Shown here piece by piece: positions 35,721-44,294 of a stretch of DNA of 64,000 bases. The DNA comes from Chloroflexota bacterium. Lineage in GTDB: Bacteria > Chloroflexota > Anaerolineae > 4572-78. The stretch's first letter is position 1. Each line of letters begins with the position of its first letter. The notes beneath the pieces were generated by a model. That model was not told the DNA's origin. It did no database searches and worked only from the letters and a program-made list of their open reading frames with translations. Location: positions 3,734 to 67,733 of the forward strand of contig DUEH01000003.1 in the NCBI GenBank assembly GCA_011192195.1, given 5' to 3'. The position numbers were made by a program, and so were the translations under genes.

Positions 35721-38003
35721 CAACTCGAATGGCTGCCTCTCTCTGTTCCGCCGCAGCCAAAAGAGACGCAAAGCGAATTTTTTTGCCCGCACTGCAACAA
35801 GGCGGCGCCGGTAAACGCGGATACCTGTCCCCACTGCGGGCGACCGCTCATCCTTGCGGCGGGTTTGACGGAAGAAGCGCTGCCAGAGATTGCGTTGCTG
35901 GAACGCCAGCTTGACATAGCGCCGCCTCCTGAAGACTGGTTTAGCGGACGCGGCCTTGATACCCCGGCGATGTATGATCTGCGCCTGCAAGCGGAACGCC
36001 TGTACGTCACCGGCGGTTTTGAGCGTCTTATTTGCCTGGACGACATCAACATTGATCACTACCAGTACCAACTGGAGGCGGCGCAGCGCGCGCTGCGCGA
36101 TATGGGCGGGCGCGCTCTGCTGGCCGACGAAGTGGGGCTGGGAAAAACCATCGAAGCGGGCATTGTGATGAAAGAATTGATCGAGCGCGGTTTGGCGCAG
36201 ACCGTCCTCATCATCGTTCCGGCATCGCTTACCTGGCAGTGGCAAGAAGAAATGGCGGCCAAATTTTATGAAGATTTCCTTGTTCTGGAAAAACTATCCC
36301 AACTTTCCGCCCCAAACTCCCTGCCGCCAAAAGCTTGTCGCTGGATAATTTCCTACAGCCGCGCCCGATCCTCTGCCTGGGCAGAGCGCTTGCTGGCCTT
36401 TGAATATGATCTGCTAATTGTAGACGAAGCGCATAAACTCAAAAATCATCGCAGTAAATCTTATCGCTTTGTGGACCAAATTCGTAAGCGATACGTTCTG
36501 ATGTTAAGCGCCACCCCCGTTCACAATAACCTGCTGGAACTGTATAACCTGATCACCATCCTGCGCCCCGGCCACTTGGGAACGCGCCGCGCCTTTGCGC
36601 GTGATTTTATTGCCACGCCCACCGCTTTGGTCAAGCGTCGCGCTTACCGGCGCACTATCTACAGCCGACCGTCTGTTCACGCTTATTTACGCAAAAACCG
36701 GCAGGCGCGGCAGGAATATCGACAAAAGGGCGACGAGGCATTTCGGATTGTGGCGCGTACGGAAAGCCTGGATGAATTTTTGGCTGTTTTTTTGCCCAAA
36801 GCCGATGCGCAACCTAAAGCAGCCATCGAAGAAATCCGCAGTCTGATGCCGGAGGGCTACGATGTGGTGGAATTTGAAGGGGTTGAGTGGCGAAGCTGGT
36901 ATCGTCGCCGGATAGACTTTGTGTGTCGCCTGAGATTGCGCCCAAAAGCAAAGCGTCCCGAACCCAGCCGCCCTGACCCCAGGCGTCGCCTTAGGCCCCA
37001 AAATCCGGCCCTTGTACGCGCCTTGCTGCGCGAAGTGATGATCCGCAACCGGCGCAGCAGCGTGGGCGTCCGTTTTCCGCCCCGCGAAGCCGCTATCTAT
37101 CATCTCACACTTTCGCCGCCTGAGCGCAAGTTGTACAACGATGTGACCGCTTACATTCGCGAAGAATTACGCAATGTCCAGCAGCTTCCGTCGGGTAAGC
37201 GGCCTGCGGGCGGCGTGTTGCAGCTAAGATTGATGACCTTGCAAAAGCAGCTTGCTTCAAGCCCGCAAGCCGCGGTTCAAGGGCTGGAAAAGTTGACTGC
37301 CGGACAGAACGATGATCGGCTGAACGATTATCTGGCTTTGGCGCGCAGCATTGAACAAGGCCGCAAAGTAAAAGCGGTGCAGACCATTTTAGAGCAATAC
37401 CCGCATAAAACCCTTATCTTCACCGATTATCTGGCCTCTATGCGCGCCCTGAATGCAACGCTAACCGCCTCCGGCTTTGAGACAACGCTGTTTCACGGCG
37501 GCTTGTCCGCTTATGAACGGATTGAGGCGGTGCGGGAATTTCGTAACTCAGCGCAGGTGATGATCAGTCTGCGCTCCGGCGGCGAAGGGCATAATCTGCA
37601 ATTTTGCCGCCAGATGATTAACTTTGATCTGCCCTGGAATCCAATGATCATCGAACAGCGCATCGGGCGCATCCATCGCTTGGGGCAAAAACGAAAAGTC
37701 AGAATTTTCAACCTGTCTGTCGCCAACACCATCGAAGCCTACATTCTGGAGCTGCTGGCGAATAAAATTCGGATGTTTGAGCTGGTCATTGGCGAACTCG
37801 ATCTGATTTTAGGCGAACTGGCGGGTCAACGCAGTTTTGAGAGCTATCTTCAAGAAGCCTGGGTGGGCAGCCAATCCGAAGCCGAGTTGCTGCAAAAAAT
37901 TGTCGAACTGGAAAAAATCATTACCGGAGCCAGAGCTACTTACACTCAAATACGCTCCACGTCAGATGAATTATCAGATATTTTGGGCGGTGCAGAATCC
38001 TGA
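35709..38003 (+). CDS. SNF2/RapA-like helicase with an N-terminal zinc ribbon and an Arg-rich insertion
   Basis: 'CPHCNKAAPVNADTCPHCG'. Motif I 'ADEVGLGKT', motif II 'DLLIVDEAHKLKN', motif III 'LSATPVHN'. Helicase-C 'LPWNPMIIEQRIGRIHRLGQ'. A basic segment of about 130 aa (nt ~36612-37004) lies between the lobes. Confidence 0.9.
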   Translation: MTNDQLEWLPLSVPPQPKETQSEFFCPHCNKAAPVNADTCPHCGRPLILAAGLTEEALPEIALLERQLDIAPPPEDWFSGRGLDTPAMYDLRLQAERLYVTGGFERLICLDDINIDHYQYQLEAAQRALRDMGGRALLADEVGLGKTIEAGIVMKELIERGLAQTVLIIVPASLTWQWQEEMAAKFYEDFLVLEKLSQLSAPNSLPPKACRWIISYSRARSSAWAERLLAFEYDLLIVDEAHKLKNHRSKSYRFVDQIRKRYVLMLSATPVHNNLLELYNLITILRPGHLGTRRAFARDFIATPTALVKRRAYRRTIYSRPSVHAYLRKNRQARQEYRQKGDEAFRIVARTESLDEFLAVFLPKADAQPKAAIEEIRSLMPEGYDVVEFEGVEWRSWYRRRIDFVCRLRLRPKAKRPEPSRPDPRRRLRPQNPALVRALLREVMIRNRRSSVGVRFPPREAAIYHLTLSPPERKLYNDVTAYIREELRNVQQLPSGKRPAGGVLQLRLMTLQKQLASSPQAAVQGLEKLTAGQNDDRLNDYLALARSIEQGRKVKAVQTILEQYPHKTLIFTDYLASMRALNATLTASGFETTLFHGGLSAYERIEAVREFRNSAQVMISLRSGGEGHNLQFCRQMINFDLPWNPMIIEQRIGRIHRLGQKRKVRIFNLSVANTIEAYILELLANKIRMFELVIGELDLILGELAGQRSFESYLQEAWVGSQSEAELLQKIVELEKIITGARATYTQIRSTSDELSDILGGAES

Positions 38004-38006
38004 ATT

Positions 38007-38088
38007 GATTTTGGATTTACGATTGGTTCTTATGCGTAGCCTTAATCGTAAATCCAAAATCGTAAATCCAAAATCGTAAATCGTAAAT
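38007..38088. repeat. Imperfect hairpin with (CGTAAAT)/(CGTAAATCCAAAAT)n arms
   Basis: Left arm is gattttggatttacgattgg (38007-38026). Right arm is ttaatcgtaaatccaaaatcgtaaatccaaaatcgtaaatcgtaaat (38042-38088). The last unit supplies the ATG at 38087. Confidence 0.85.
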
Positions 38089-39397
38089 GATTATGAAAAC
38101 CTTTGCCACATCTTTTTTTAGCCACTTTGGGGCGAAAGCGCTGCCCTCTGAAACAGATATTCTGGTCGTTTTACCGCCGGACCTGGAACAGGTTTTTGGC
38201 AAACCGCGTCTTTATCTGACCTTTGCCAATGAAGACCCGGCCCAGCCGCGCGAGCTATCGCCCAATGAAGACCTGTTGGTTTATGGCAGTCGTACCTTTG
38301 ACCGGATGCTTGCGTTGCTTGAGGGGCGCGGCGCGACAACGCATTTGCAGCTACCCATTCGCCAGCCCACCGAACTTGATTTGCGGCTCCCCTTTGCCAA
38401 CGCTAAAGCGACGCTGGTAGAAGACGATTACCAACAAAGCGTAGAACCTTTCTACGTGTTTCACTTCCGGGCAACGTACATCTGGGCGGAAAAGGAAGAG
38501 GTTTTCATCACCATCACGCTGGATGGCGCGGGCGCGCAACATCCCCACCGCAGCGAGTTGCTGGGCCGGGGCAAGGTATTTGGCGCGCCGGATGAAAGCG
38601 AAGCGCGAAAGATTGACGCGGCGCTTTTACGTCAGCAGTTTGAACGCGCTCAGAAAATTGCCCAGGCGCAGGTTGCTGAACGCGCCGATGCTCTGGAAGA
38701 GATCATCAAGACGCGCTTGCGGCAAATTCTGGCGCGTTTGAAGCGATTTTATGGGCGATTGATGGCAGAAATAACCAGCGACAACCCGGCCCGAAACGAG
38801 GCGGCGCGGGCTGATTTGGAAGCCGACTTACAACGCAAACAGGCCGATGAGTTGGAGCGGCATCGGTTGCGAATACAGCTTGCGCCGGTGGGCTACGCCG
38901 TGATGCTGGTTCCCTTTATCGAGCATCGTTTGAGCTTGAGCTGCGGCCAACAGACCAGCCGCCTGACCCTGCGCCGCGACTTGCACACCGGCTGGGTGGA
39001 AACTTTTTCCTGTCAGCCGGAAATTGAATCTATCACAGATCTGGCTTTTTCCTCATTCAAAGATCGTTTTCGGGCGCAGGGGCGTTTTGCCGAACTGTGC
39101 GCGGAAAATGCGCTGCTCTGCCGGGAAGACGCGCTGCACAGCGTTTTGGCCGTCGCCGGAACGAAGGTAGAAGCGCCCGACGCGCCGGAGCAGGTTTGCC
39201 GAGACGCGCAGCGTTACATCTGGCGGCGAGTTGAGGCTGCTCGATGGGTTATTTATCTGGGACAGCGCAGAGGAAGCAAGGCTTTGTCGCCTGTCTTGGG
39301 GCGTTTGCTGGTGATGCTGGATCAGGAGGGGAACGTGATCAAACGGCGGAAAGTGGGGGCGGTGAGCCGGTTGTTGGGGAGAGTTTTCAAGAGATAA
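38087..39397 (+). CDS. Hypothetical protein, YqhG-like partner of the SNF2 helicase (tentative)
   Basis: 436-aa ORF 83 nt downstream of the helicase. N-terminal 'FFSHFGAKALPSETDILVVLPPDLEQVFGKPRLYLTF' and a central coiled-coil recall the Bacillus YqhG family. This is from memory and not verified. Confidence 0.55.
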   Translation: MIMKTFATSFFSHFGAKALPSETDILVVLPPDLEQVFGKPRLYLTFANEDPAQPRELSPNEDLLVYGSRTFDRMLALLEGRGATTHLQLPIRQPTELDLRLPFANAKATLVEDDYQQSVEPFYVFHFRATYIWAEKEEVFITITLDGAGAQHPHRSELLGRGKVFGAPDESEARKIDAALLRQQFERAQKIAQAQVAERADALEEIIKTRLRQILARLKRFYGRLMAEITSDNPARNEAARADLEADLQRKQADELERHRLRIQLAPVGYAVMLVPFIEHRLSLSCGQQTSRLTLRRDLHTGWVETFSCQPEIESITDLAFSSFKDRFRAQGRFAELCAENALLCREDALHSVLAVAGTKVEAPDAPEQVCRDAQRYIWRRVEAARWVIYLGQRRGSKALSPVLGRLLVMLDQEGNVIKRRKVGAVSRLLGRVFKR

Positions 39398-39404
39398 AAT
39401 CAGG

Positions 39405-39653
39405 CTAGAAAGCCTGCGCTACACTATTGAGACGGGTGATTTCCTCATCGCTCAAAGAAATTTCAACGCTTTTGATTGTTTCCTGTAATTGTTCAACCGT
39501 TCTTGCGCCAATGATAGCCGATGTGATGACCGGGTTCGCCAGCATCCAGGCCAGGGAGATTTGGGCGGGCGCGGCCTGGTGTTCAAGGGCGATTTCTTCC
39601 AAAGTTTCTATCACCGTAAACCCGGCGTCGTTGCTGTATTTTGACATCCTGTC
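39405..39653 (-). pseudogene. Aldo/keto reductase C-terminal fragment
   Basis: '...FTVIETLEEIALEHQAAPAQISLAWMLANPVITSAIIGARTVEQLQETIKSVEISLSDEEITRLN' is the last ~80 aa of an AKR. The upstream ~240 aa are absent, and the fragment begins at the repeat element's TIR. Confidence 0.6.
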
Positions 39654-39779
39654 GTAACCGTTCACCCCCCTCCAACCTCCCCCGAAATCAAGGGGAGGCT
39701 TTTAAACTTCCCCCCGTCAACGGGGGGAGAGCCTGCCCCGCTTTACCGGGCATTGAGGGGGGTAGGGGTGAACGGTTAC
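39654..39779. repeat. C/G-rich double-hairpin element with terminal inverted repeats GTAACCGTTCAC, copy 2
   Basis: gtaaccgttcacccc...ggggaggcttttaaacttccccccgtcaacgggggg...ggggtgaacggttac. It carries a 24-nt insertion relative to copy 1. Confidence 0.9.
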
Positions 39780-40030
39780 TCTGCGTCGCTGACCATGCGA
39801 GCGCTGTGTTCAATGACGCGGGCCACGGCAGAACGGTCAAAGTGGCGCAGGTCTTCTTTGTGGGCCAGCGCGCCAATCAACCGGGCGTAGAGCAGGGCGC
39901 TGTCGCCGTTGCGCGGCATATCTTCAGCAAAATCAGCCGTCACCTTGAATAACTCTTGAAAATCGGGGTCTTGCCGGCTCAAGAGGTAGTACAGGTATCT
40001 GTCGCCAATCAGGATGATTTTTTCTTCCGG
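39776..40030 (-). pseudogene. Internal fragment of a Lon-related AAA+ protease-like gene
   Basis: The frame is open from directly after the rhaB stop: 'EEKIILIGDRYLYYLLSRQDPDFQELFKVTADFAEDMP...FDRSAVARVIEHSARMVSDAE'. It has no start codon. Its TAA stop is supplied by the element's TIR. Confidence 0.5.
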
Positions 40031-41527
40031 CTAAGAATTCTCCGTTAAGGCCAGAAAGCCTTGGTACGCTTCATCCCAGGCGGCGGTATCTTGCGGCAGG
40101 TATTCTTGTACCGGGAAAGAGCGCTTGATAATGGCGCGCCCCTCTGCCAGCGAAGAAATTTCACCCACGGCCAGCATTTGCAGCAAAATATTCCCCAGCG
40201 CCGTCGCTTCGATGGGGCCGGTTACAACGCGCTTGCCGGTGGCATTGGCAGCAAATTGATTGAGCAGCTTGTTCCGCGCGCCGCCGCCCACAATGTGGAT
40301 GACTTCAATGGCCGAACCGGTCATCCCCTCCAGCTTTTCCACGCTCCAGCGATATTTCAAGGCCAGACTTTCCAGCGCCGCGCGGACGATGCTTCCTGTG
40401 CTTGGGGGGATGGTCTGTTCTGTACGGGTGCAGTAGGCGCTGATTCTGGCGGGCATATTACCCGGTGCAAGAAAGTCGTTATCTTCCGGGTTGACCAAAC
40501 AAGCCAGGGGGGGCGCATCGGCGGCCAGTTGGGTCAGTTTGTCGTAGGAATAGGCGTGACCTTCTTTTTTCCAGATGCGTTTACATTCCTGAACCAGCCA
40601 CAATCCCATAATATTTTTCAATAAGCGAATGGTGTTTTGTACGCCGCCTTCATTGGTAAAATTATAAGCCAACGATTGCTCATTGATAATGGGCGCGGGT
40701 GTTTCTACCCCCATCAGCGACCACGTACCCGAGCTGAGGTAGGCAAAGCGCCCCGCATCCTCTGCCGATGCCGGCACGGCGGCAACCGCGCTGGCGGTAT
40801 CGTGCGCGCCGGGGGCAATGACCGGGACGCGCTCATTCAACCCCAACTCTTCAACAATGGCGGGCAGCACCGTCCCCAGTTTTGCGCCCGGGCGGATAAG
40901 TGATGGGAAGATATCGGTGGGCAGGCCCAACTTTTTCAGCAGCGGCGCAGCCCAGATATTGTTTTGCATATCAAACATCTGGCTGGTGCTGGCGATGGTG
41001 TATTCGTTGGCTTTTTGGCCGGTGAACCAGTAGTTGAAGAGGTCGGGCATAAAAAGGAGCGTATTGGCAATTTGCAGCGCGGGGTCGTTTTGCTGCGCCA
41101 TTGCAAATAGCTGAAAAAGGGTATTGAGCTGCATAAACTGGATGCCCGTTTGGGCGAATATCTCTTCACGGGAGACAAGTTCAAAGACTTTTTCAAGCAT
41201 CCCGTTAGTGCGGCTGTCTCGGTAATGGTAAGGGTTGCCGATGAGGTTTCCCGCGCTGTCCAGCAAGCCGAAATCTACGCCCCAGGTATCAATACCCAGG
41301 GCCGCAAGCTGAATGCCGCGACCTTTGACTGCTTTTGCCAGACCGTTTTTCATTTCCTGAAACAGACGCAGCGTGTCCCAGTGCAGGCTGCCGCTCACCC
41401 GTACCGGGCCGTTGGGGAAGCGGCTGATCTCTTCCAGCGATAATTTCTCGCCGTCAAAACGCCCCACCAGCGCCCGACCGCTTTCCGCGCCTAAGTCCAG
41501 AGCCAGGAAGTTTTTTGTTTTAGCCAT
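40031..41527 (-). CDS. rhaB: Rhamnulokinase
   Basis: Strong collinear resemblance to RhaB: 'LALDLGAESGR', 'IDTWGVDFGLLD', 'YRDSRTNG', 'GIQFMQLNTLFQL', 'YLSSGTWSLMG', 'IHIVGGGARNKLLNQ', 'GPIEATALGN'. Start chosen at 'MAKTKNF' with RBS agaggag. Confidence 0.9.
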   Translation of the reverse strand: MAKTKNFLALDLGAESGRALVGRFDGEKLSLEEISRFPNGPVRVSGSLHWDTLRLFQEMKNGLAKAVKGRGIQLAALGIDTWGVDFGLLDSAGNLIGNPYHYRDSRTNGMLEKVFELVSREEIFAQTGIQFMQLNTLFQLFAMAQQNDPALQIANTLLFMPDLFNYWFTGQKANEYTIASTSQMFDMQNNIWAAPLLKKLGLPTDIFPSLIRPGAKLGTVLPAIVEELGLNERVPVIAPGAHDTASAVAAVPASAEDAGRFAYLSSGTWSLMGVETPAPIINEQSLAYNFTNEGGVQNTIRLLKNIMGLWLVQECKRIWKKEGHAYSYDKLTQLAADAPPLACLVNPEDNDFLAPGNMPARISAYCTRTEQTIPPSTGSIVRAALESLALKYRWSVEKLEGMTGSAIEVIHIVGGGARNKLLNQFAANATGKRVVTGPIEATALGNILLQMLAVGEISSLAEGRAIIKRSFPVQEYLPQDTAAWDEAYQGFLALTENS

Positions 41528-41539
41528 AGCAGTCTCCTC

Positions 41540-41590
41540 TGAAAACAGGCGAATGTGCGAATGGCGAACAGCGAATAGAACCAATTTTCA
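41540..41590 (-). repeat. Clamped leader module: TGAAAAT - (GCGAATG)n array - GTTTTCA, directly 5' of the SD
   Basis: On the coding strand: tgaaaat (41590-41584), a heptamer run (41578-41549), gttttca (41546-41540), then agaggag and the ATG at 41527. Confidence 0.75.
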
Positions 41591-41781
41591 TCCGCTGTGG
41601 TGCGCCACAGGCTCATGATAACTCCTTCCGGAATGGGGATTAAACAACTGTCACATTTGGGAAATTGGAGATTGGGAGATTAGGAGATTATCAGCCTGCA
41701 ATCTCCGGCGAAATGAGACGCTCATTTAATTTTTGTTCCTTGGCTATCAGTTTTTAGCTGATGGCTGATAGCTGAACGCTT

Positions 41782-42399
41782 CTACCACTTGCTATAAGAA
41801 TCGCTGTGCCGGCGATACTCGATGAGCTTTTCGCCCAGAATTTCCGCTTCAAAAATAATGTCGCTCACTTCTTCTAATGCAGATGCCCATTGGTAGGCAT
41901 CTTCCAGCGTTTGACCGATGGCAAAGCTGCCATGTCCGCGTTGCATAACAATTTTATAGCCGCGCAGCGCTTCCGCAACAGTGTCAGCCATTTCTTGCGA
42001 ACCGGAAGCGTACTCTACCGAGACAACGGGGATTTTGCGCAGCAGATAAGAGCCTTCGTTATCAATAGGAATAATCTCGTCCCGTGAAAGGCTCAGGGTG
42101 ATGGCGGTGCGCGGATGGTTATGAATAATTGCCAGTGCGGCGGTTTGGCGGTAGATCTCCCGATGCACAATCAGTTCAGTGCTGGCAAGCGCTATGCCGC
42201 TGTCTTTGCCGTGCAGGCTGGTAATAACCAGATCAGAGGGTTTCAAACGTCCCAACTGCGCGCCGCGTCGCTTGATGATAATTTTATCGCCAATACGCGC
42301 GCTCATATTGCCGCCGTGTGAGCTGGTCAAGCCGGTAATGAAAATATCCCGCCCAATATCGCGGAATTGCTCGTAGAGGCGGGGGTCTATTTTTGACAT
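41782..42399 (-). CDS. Class II aldolase/adducin-domain protein (candidate rhamnulose-1-phosphate aldolase)
   Basis: 205 aa. 'SSHGGNMSAR' and 'HREIY...IIHNHP' are Zn-ligand His motifs of the FucA/RhaD/MtnB fold. It sits between rhaB and the AOR. Confidence 0.8.
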   Translation of the reverse strand: MSKIDPRLYEQFRDIGRDIFITGLTSSHGGNMSARIGDKIIIKRRGAQLGRLKPSDLVITSLHGKDSGIALASTELIVHREIYRQTAALAIIHNHPRTAITLSLSRDEIIPIDNEGSYLLRKIPVVSVEYASGSQEMADTVAEALRGYKIVMQRGHGSFAIGQTLEDAYQWASALEEVSDIIFEAEILGEKLIEYRRHSDSYSKW

Positions 42400-42420
42400 A
42401 ATGTTAATCTCCTGAGGGAA

Positions 42421-42493
42421 GGCAGTAGACGGTAGACAGTAGACAGGGAAAACTTTTCCCCGTCTACTTGTCTACTGTTCTACCGTCTACCGC
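42421..42493. repeat. Hairpin with (GTAGACR)n heptamer arms
   Basis: Arms are ggcagtagacggtagacagtagacagggaaaa and ttttccccgtctacttgtctactgttctaccgtctaccgc. It fills the AOR-stop to aldolase-RBS spacer. Confidence 0.9.
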
Positions 42494-42494
42494 T

Positions 42495-44279
42495 TTATAC
42501 CAAATCGTCCAGTTCAAGTTCTTGCAACTTCTCCGGGGTGGGAACGCCGTTTTTGTCCCAGCCGCGGAAGGAATAATATTCTTCCAGCATCGGGGCGAGA
42601 TTGACGGTGTATCCGGCGCTGGGGCCTTCGGCAACTTCTACGTCGAGCAATCGCTTTGGCAAGGTGTCATCGGCGGCGGTGAAGCCTTCGCGCAGGTTGT
42701 AGAGGCGCTCCAGGTTCCAGGTGCGTTCGCCTGCCTTCATCAGGTCGTCGGCGGTGAAGGCTTCGCCGGTGATGGCGGAAAGGATGCGGGCGAAGAAATC
42801 TTCGGCAACGGCCATATTGGTGAATTTGCAGATGACCAGGCTATCAATCATAGCGGCGGCGTCTTGATGCACCGATACGATGCCTGCCTTGCCCTGATAA
42901 GCCAGACGGTCAATCAATCGCGGCAGGGCTAATACTTCTGGCCCCAGCATATTGCCGCGCATGTGGCACGCGCCTCGGTTAGATGTGGCAAAAAGCAAGC
43001 CTTGTCCTTGCATACCGCGCGGGTCGTAGGCGGGAATTTCCAGCTTTTTCACGCTCATCGAAAGTTCCGGCACGCCGCGCGCTTCGGCAAAGCGGTAGCT
43101 GCCGTCGGAGAGACCCGCTGCGCCCAACCCTTGCCGGTAGGCGATGTTTTGAATGGTATCCAGCAGCAAGTCTGCGCGACCAAAGCGCAGGCCGCCTTCA
43201 ATGACGCCGCGTTCGGTCATTTCCATTGCGCAACCAATGGCATTCCCTACAGAGATGGTATCCAGCCCCAAATCGTTGCACAAACGATTGGCGTCGGCAA
43301 TGGTTTCCAGATTGTCTATGCCGCACTGCGCGCCAAAACTCCAGACGCTTTCGTATTCGGGACCTTCGCCTTCCCCTTTTTCTGTTTTGGTAATGCGCGT
43401 GCAGGCGATGGGACAAGCCCAGCAGGCTTGATTTTTGACCAGGATTTGCTCGGTGATGGCTTCGCCGCTGATCGCTTCTGCGCCTTCAAATTGCGATTGC
43501 TGGAAGTTGCGGGTGGGCAGCGCGCCAATGGCGTTGACCAGATTCATCACCACCGACGTGCCAAACTCCGGCAGCGCTTGCGAGGTGAGCGGGCTGGCTT
43601 TGAGCAGTTTGCCCGTTTCATATAGCATAAATTTGAATTGGTCTTTATCGGCGGGTTTGTTGCGTTCTTTGCCTTCTACCACAATGGCTTTCAGGTTTTT
43701 ACTGCCCATCACAGCGCCGGGTCCGCCGCGAGCCAACGCGCGTTCGCCATCGTTCATAATTGCCGCCATCAGCGAAAGGTTTTCACCGGCGGGTCCAATG
43801 CACAGCACGTTGCGTTTGTTGTTGTTTTGCCCCAGCGCCTGAGTGGTTTGGCTGACGCTTTTACCCCACAAGTTTTGCGCATTTTTCAGTTCTACGCCCT
43901 TGGGGGTAATTTCAATCATTACGGGATTTTTGGCTTTGCCGCGCACAATCATCACGTCGTAGCCGGTGCGTTTGAACTGCATCCCCCACCAGCCGCCGCT
44001 GTTGGCGTCCAGGATTGTGCCGGTGAGCGGGCTTTTGGTTGTTACCGAAAAGCGGTTGCTGGTTTGTATGCCGCTGGCGGTAAAAGGACCGGCGGTAAAT
44101 ATTAACGCATTTTCCATCGAAAGCGGGTCAACGCCGGGTCCAACTAAATCCCACAGCAACCGCGCGCCCAAACCGCGTCCACCCAAAAAGAGCCGCGCCA
44201 TTTTTTGGTCGAGAGGACGAGTCTCGATGGCGCCGGTCTCTAGGTTAATGTCAAGTATTTTTCCTGACCATCCATGCAT
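42495..44279 (-). CDS. Aldehyde:ferredoxin oxidoreductase (tungsto/molybdopterin AOR family)
   Basis: 594 aa. N-terminal 'GWSGKILDINLETGAIETRPL...FLGGRGLGARLLWD', a 4Fe-4S Cys region 'QACWACPIACTR', and the AOR C-terminal domains. Confidence 0.9.
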   Translation of the reverse strand: MHGWSGKILDINLETGAIETRPLDQKMARLFLGGRGLGARLLWDLVGPGVDPLSMENALIFTAGPFTASGIQTSNRFSVTTKSPLTGTILDANSGGWWGMQFKRTGYDVMIVRGKAKNPVMIEITPKGVELKNAQNLWGKSVSQTTQALGQNNNKRNVLCIGPAGENLSLMAAIMNDGERALARGGPGAVMGSKNLKAIVVEGKERNKPADKDQFKFMLYETGKLLKASPLTSQALPEFGTSVVMNLVNAIGALPTRNFQQSQFEGAEAISGEAITEQILVKNQACWACPIACTRITKTEKGEGEGPEYESVWSFGAQCGIDNLETIADANRLCNDLGLDTISVGNAIGCAMEMTERGVIEGGLRFGRADLLLDTIQNIAYRQGLGAAGLSDGSYRFAEARGVPELSMSVKKLEIPAYDPRGMQGQGLLFATSNRGACHMRGNMLGPEVLALPRLIDRLAYQGKAGIVSVHQDAAAMIDSLVICKFTNMAVAEDFFARILSAITGEAFTADDLMKAGERTWNLERLYNLREGFTAADDTLPKRLLDVEVAEGPSAGYTVNLAPMLEEYYSFRGWDKNGVPTPEKLQELELDDLV

Positions 44280-44294
44280 AGTGTTTGTCTCCTT

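Noticed and set aside
35709-39397. SNF2 + partner as a known anti-phage system (DISARM/BREX/Zorya-like)
   Set aside because: The hallmark companions (methyltransferase, PLD/DUF1998, PglZ, motor/stator proteins) are absent. The neighbours are housekeeping-type or remnants. I kept it only as a module of unknown function.
41528-41584. Longer N-terminal extensions offered by the ORF track. Examples are rhaB to 41584, rhaI to 46485, E2 to 60652, E1alpha to 63727, the dehydrogenase to 16325, BMP from 21584, and the permeases to 6808, 8044 and 52857
   Set aside because: The extensions read through intergenic repeat elements and lack homology-like sequence. Internal ATGs with good GGAG-type SDs match the expected family N-termini.
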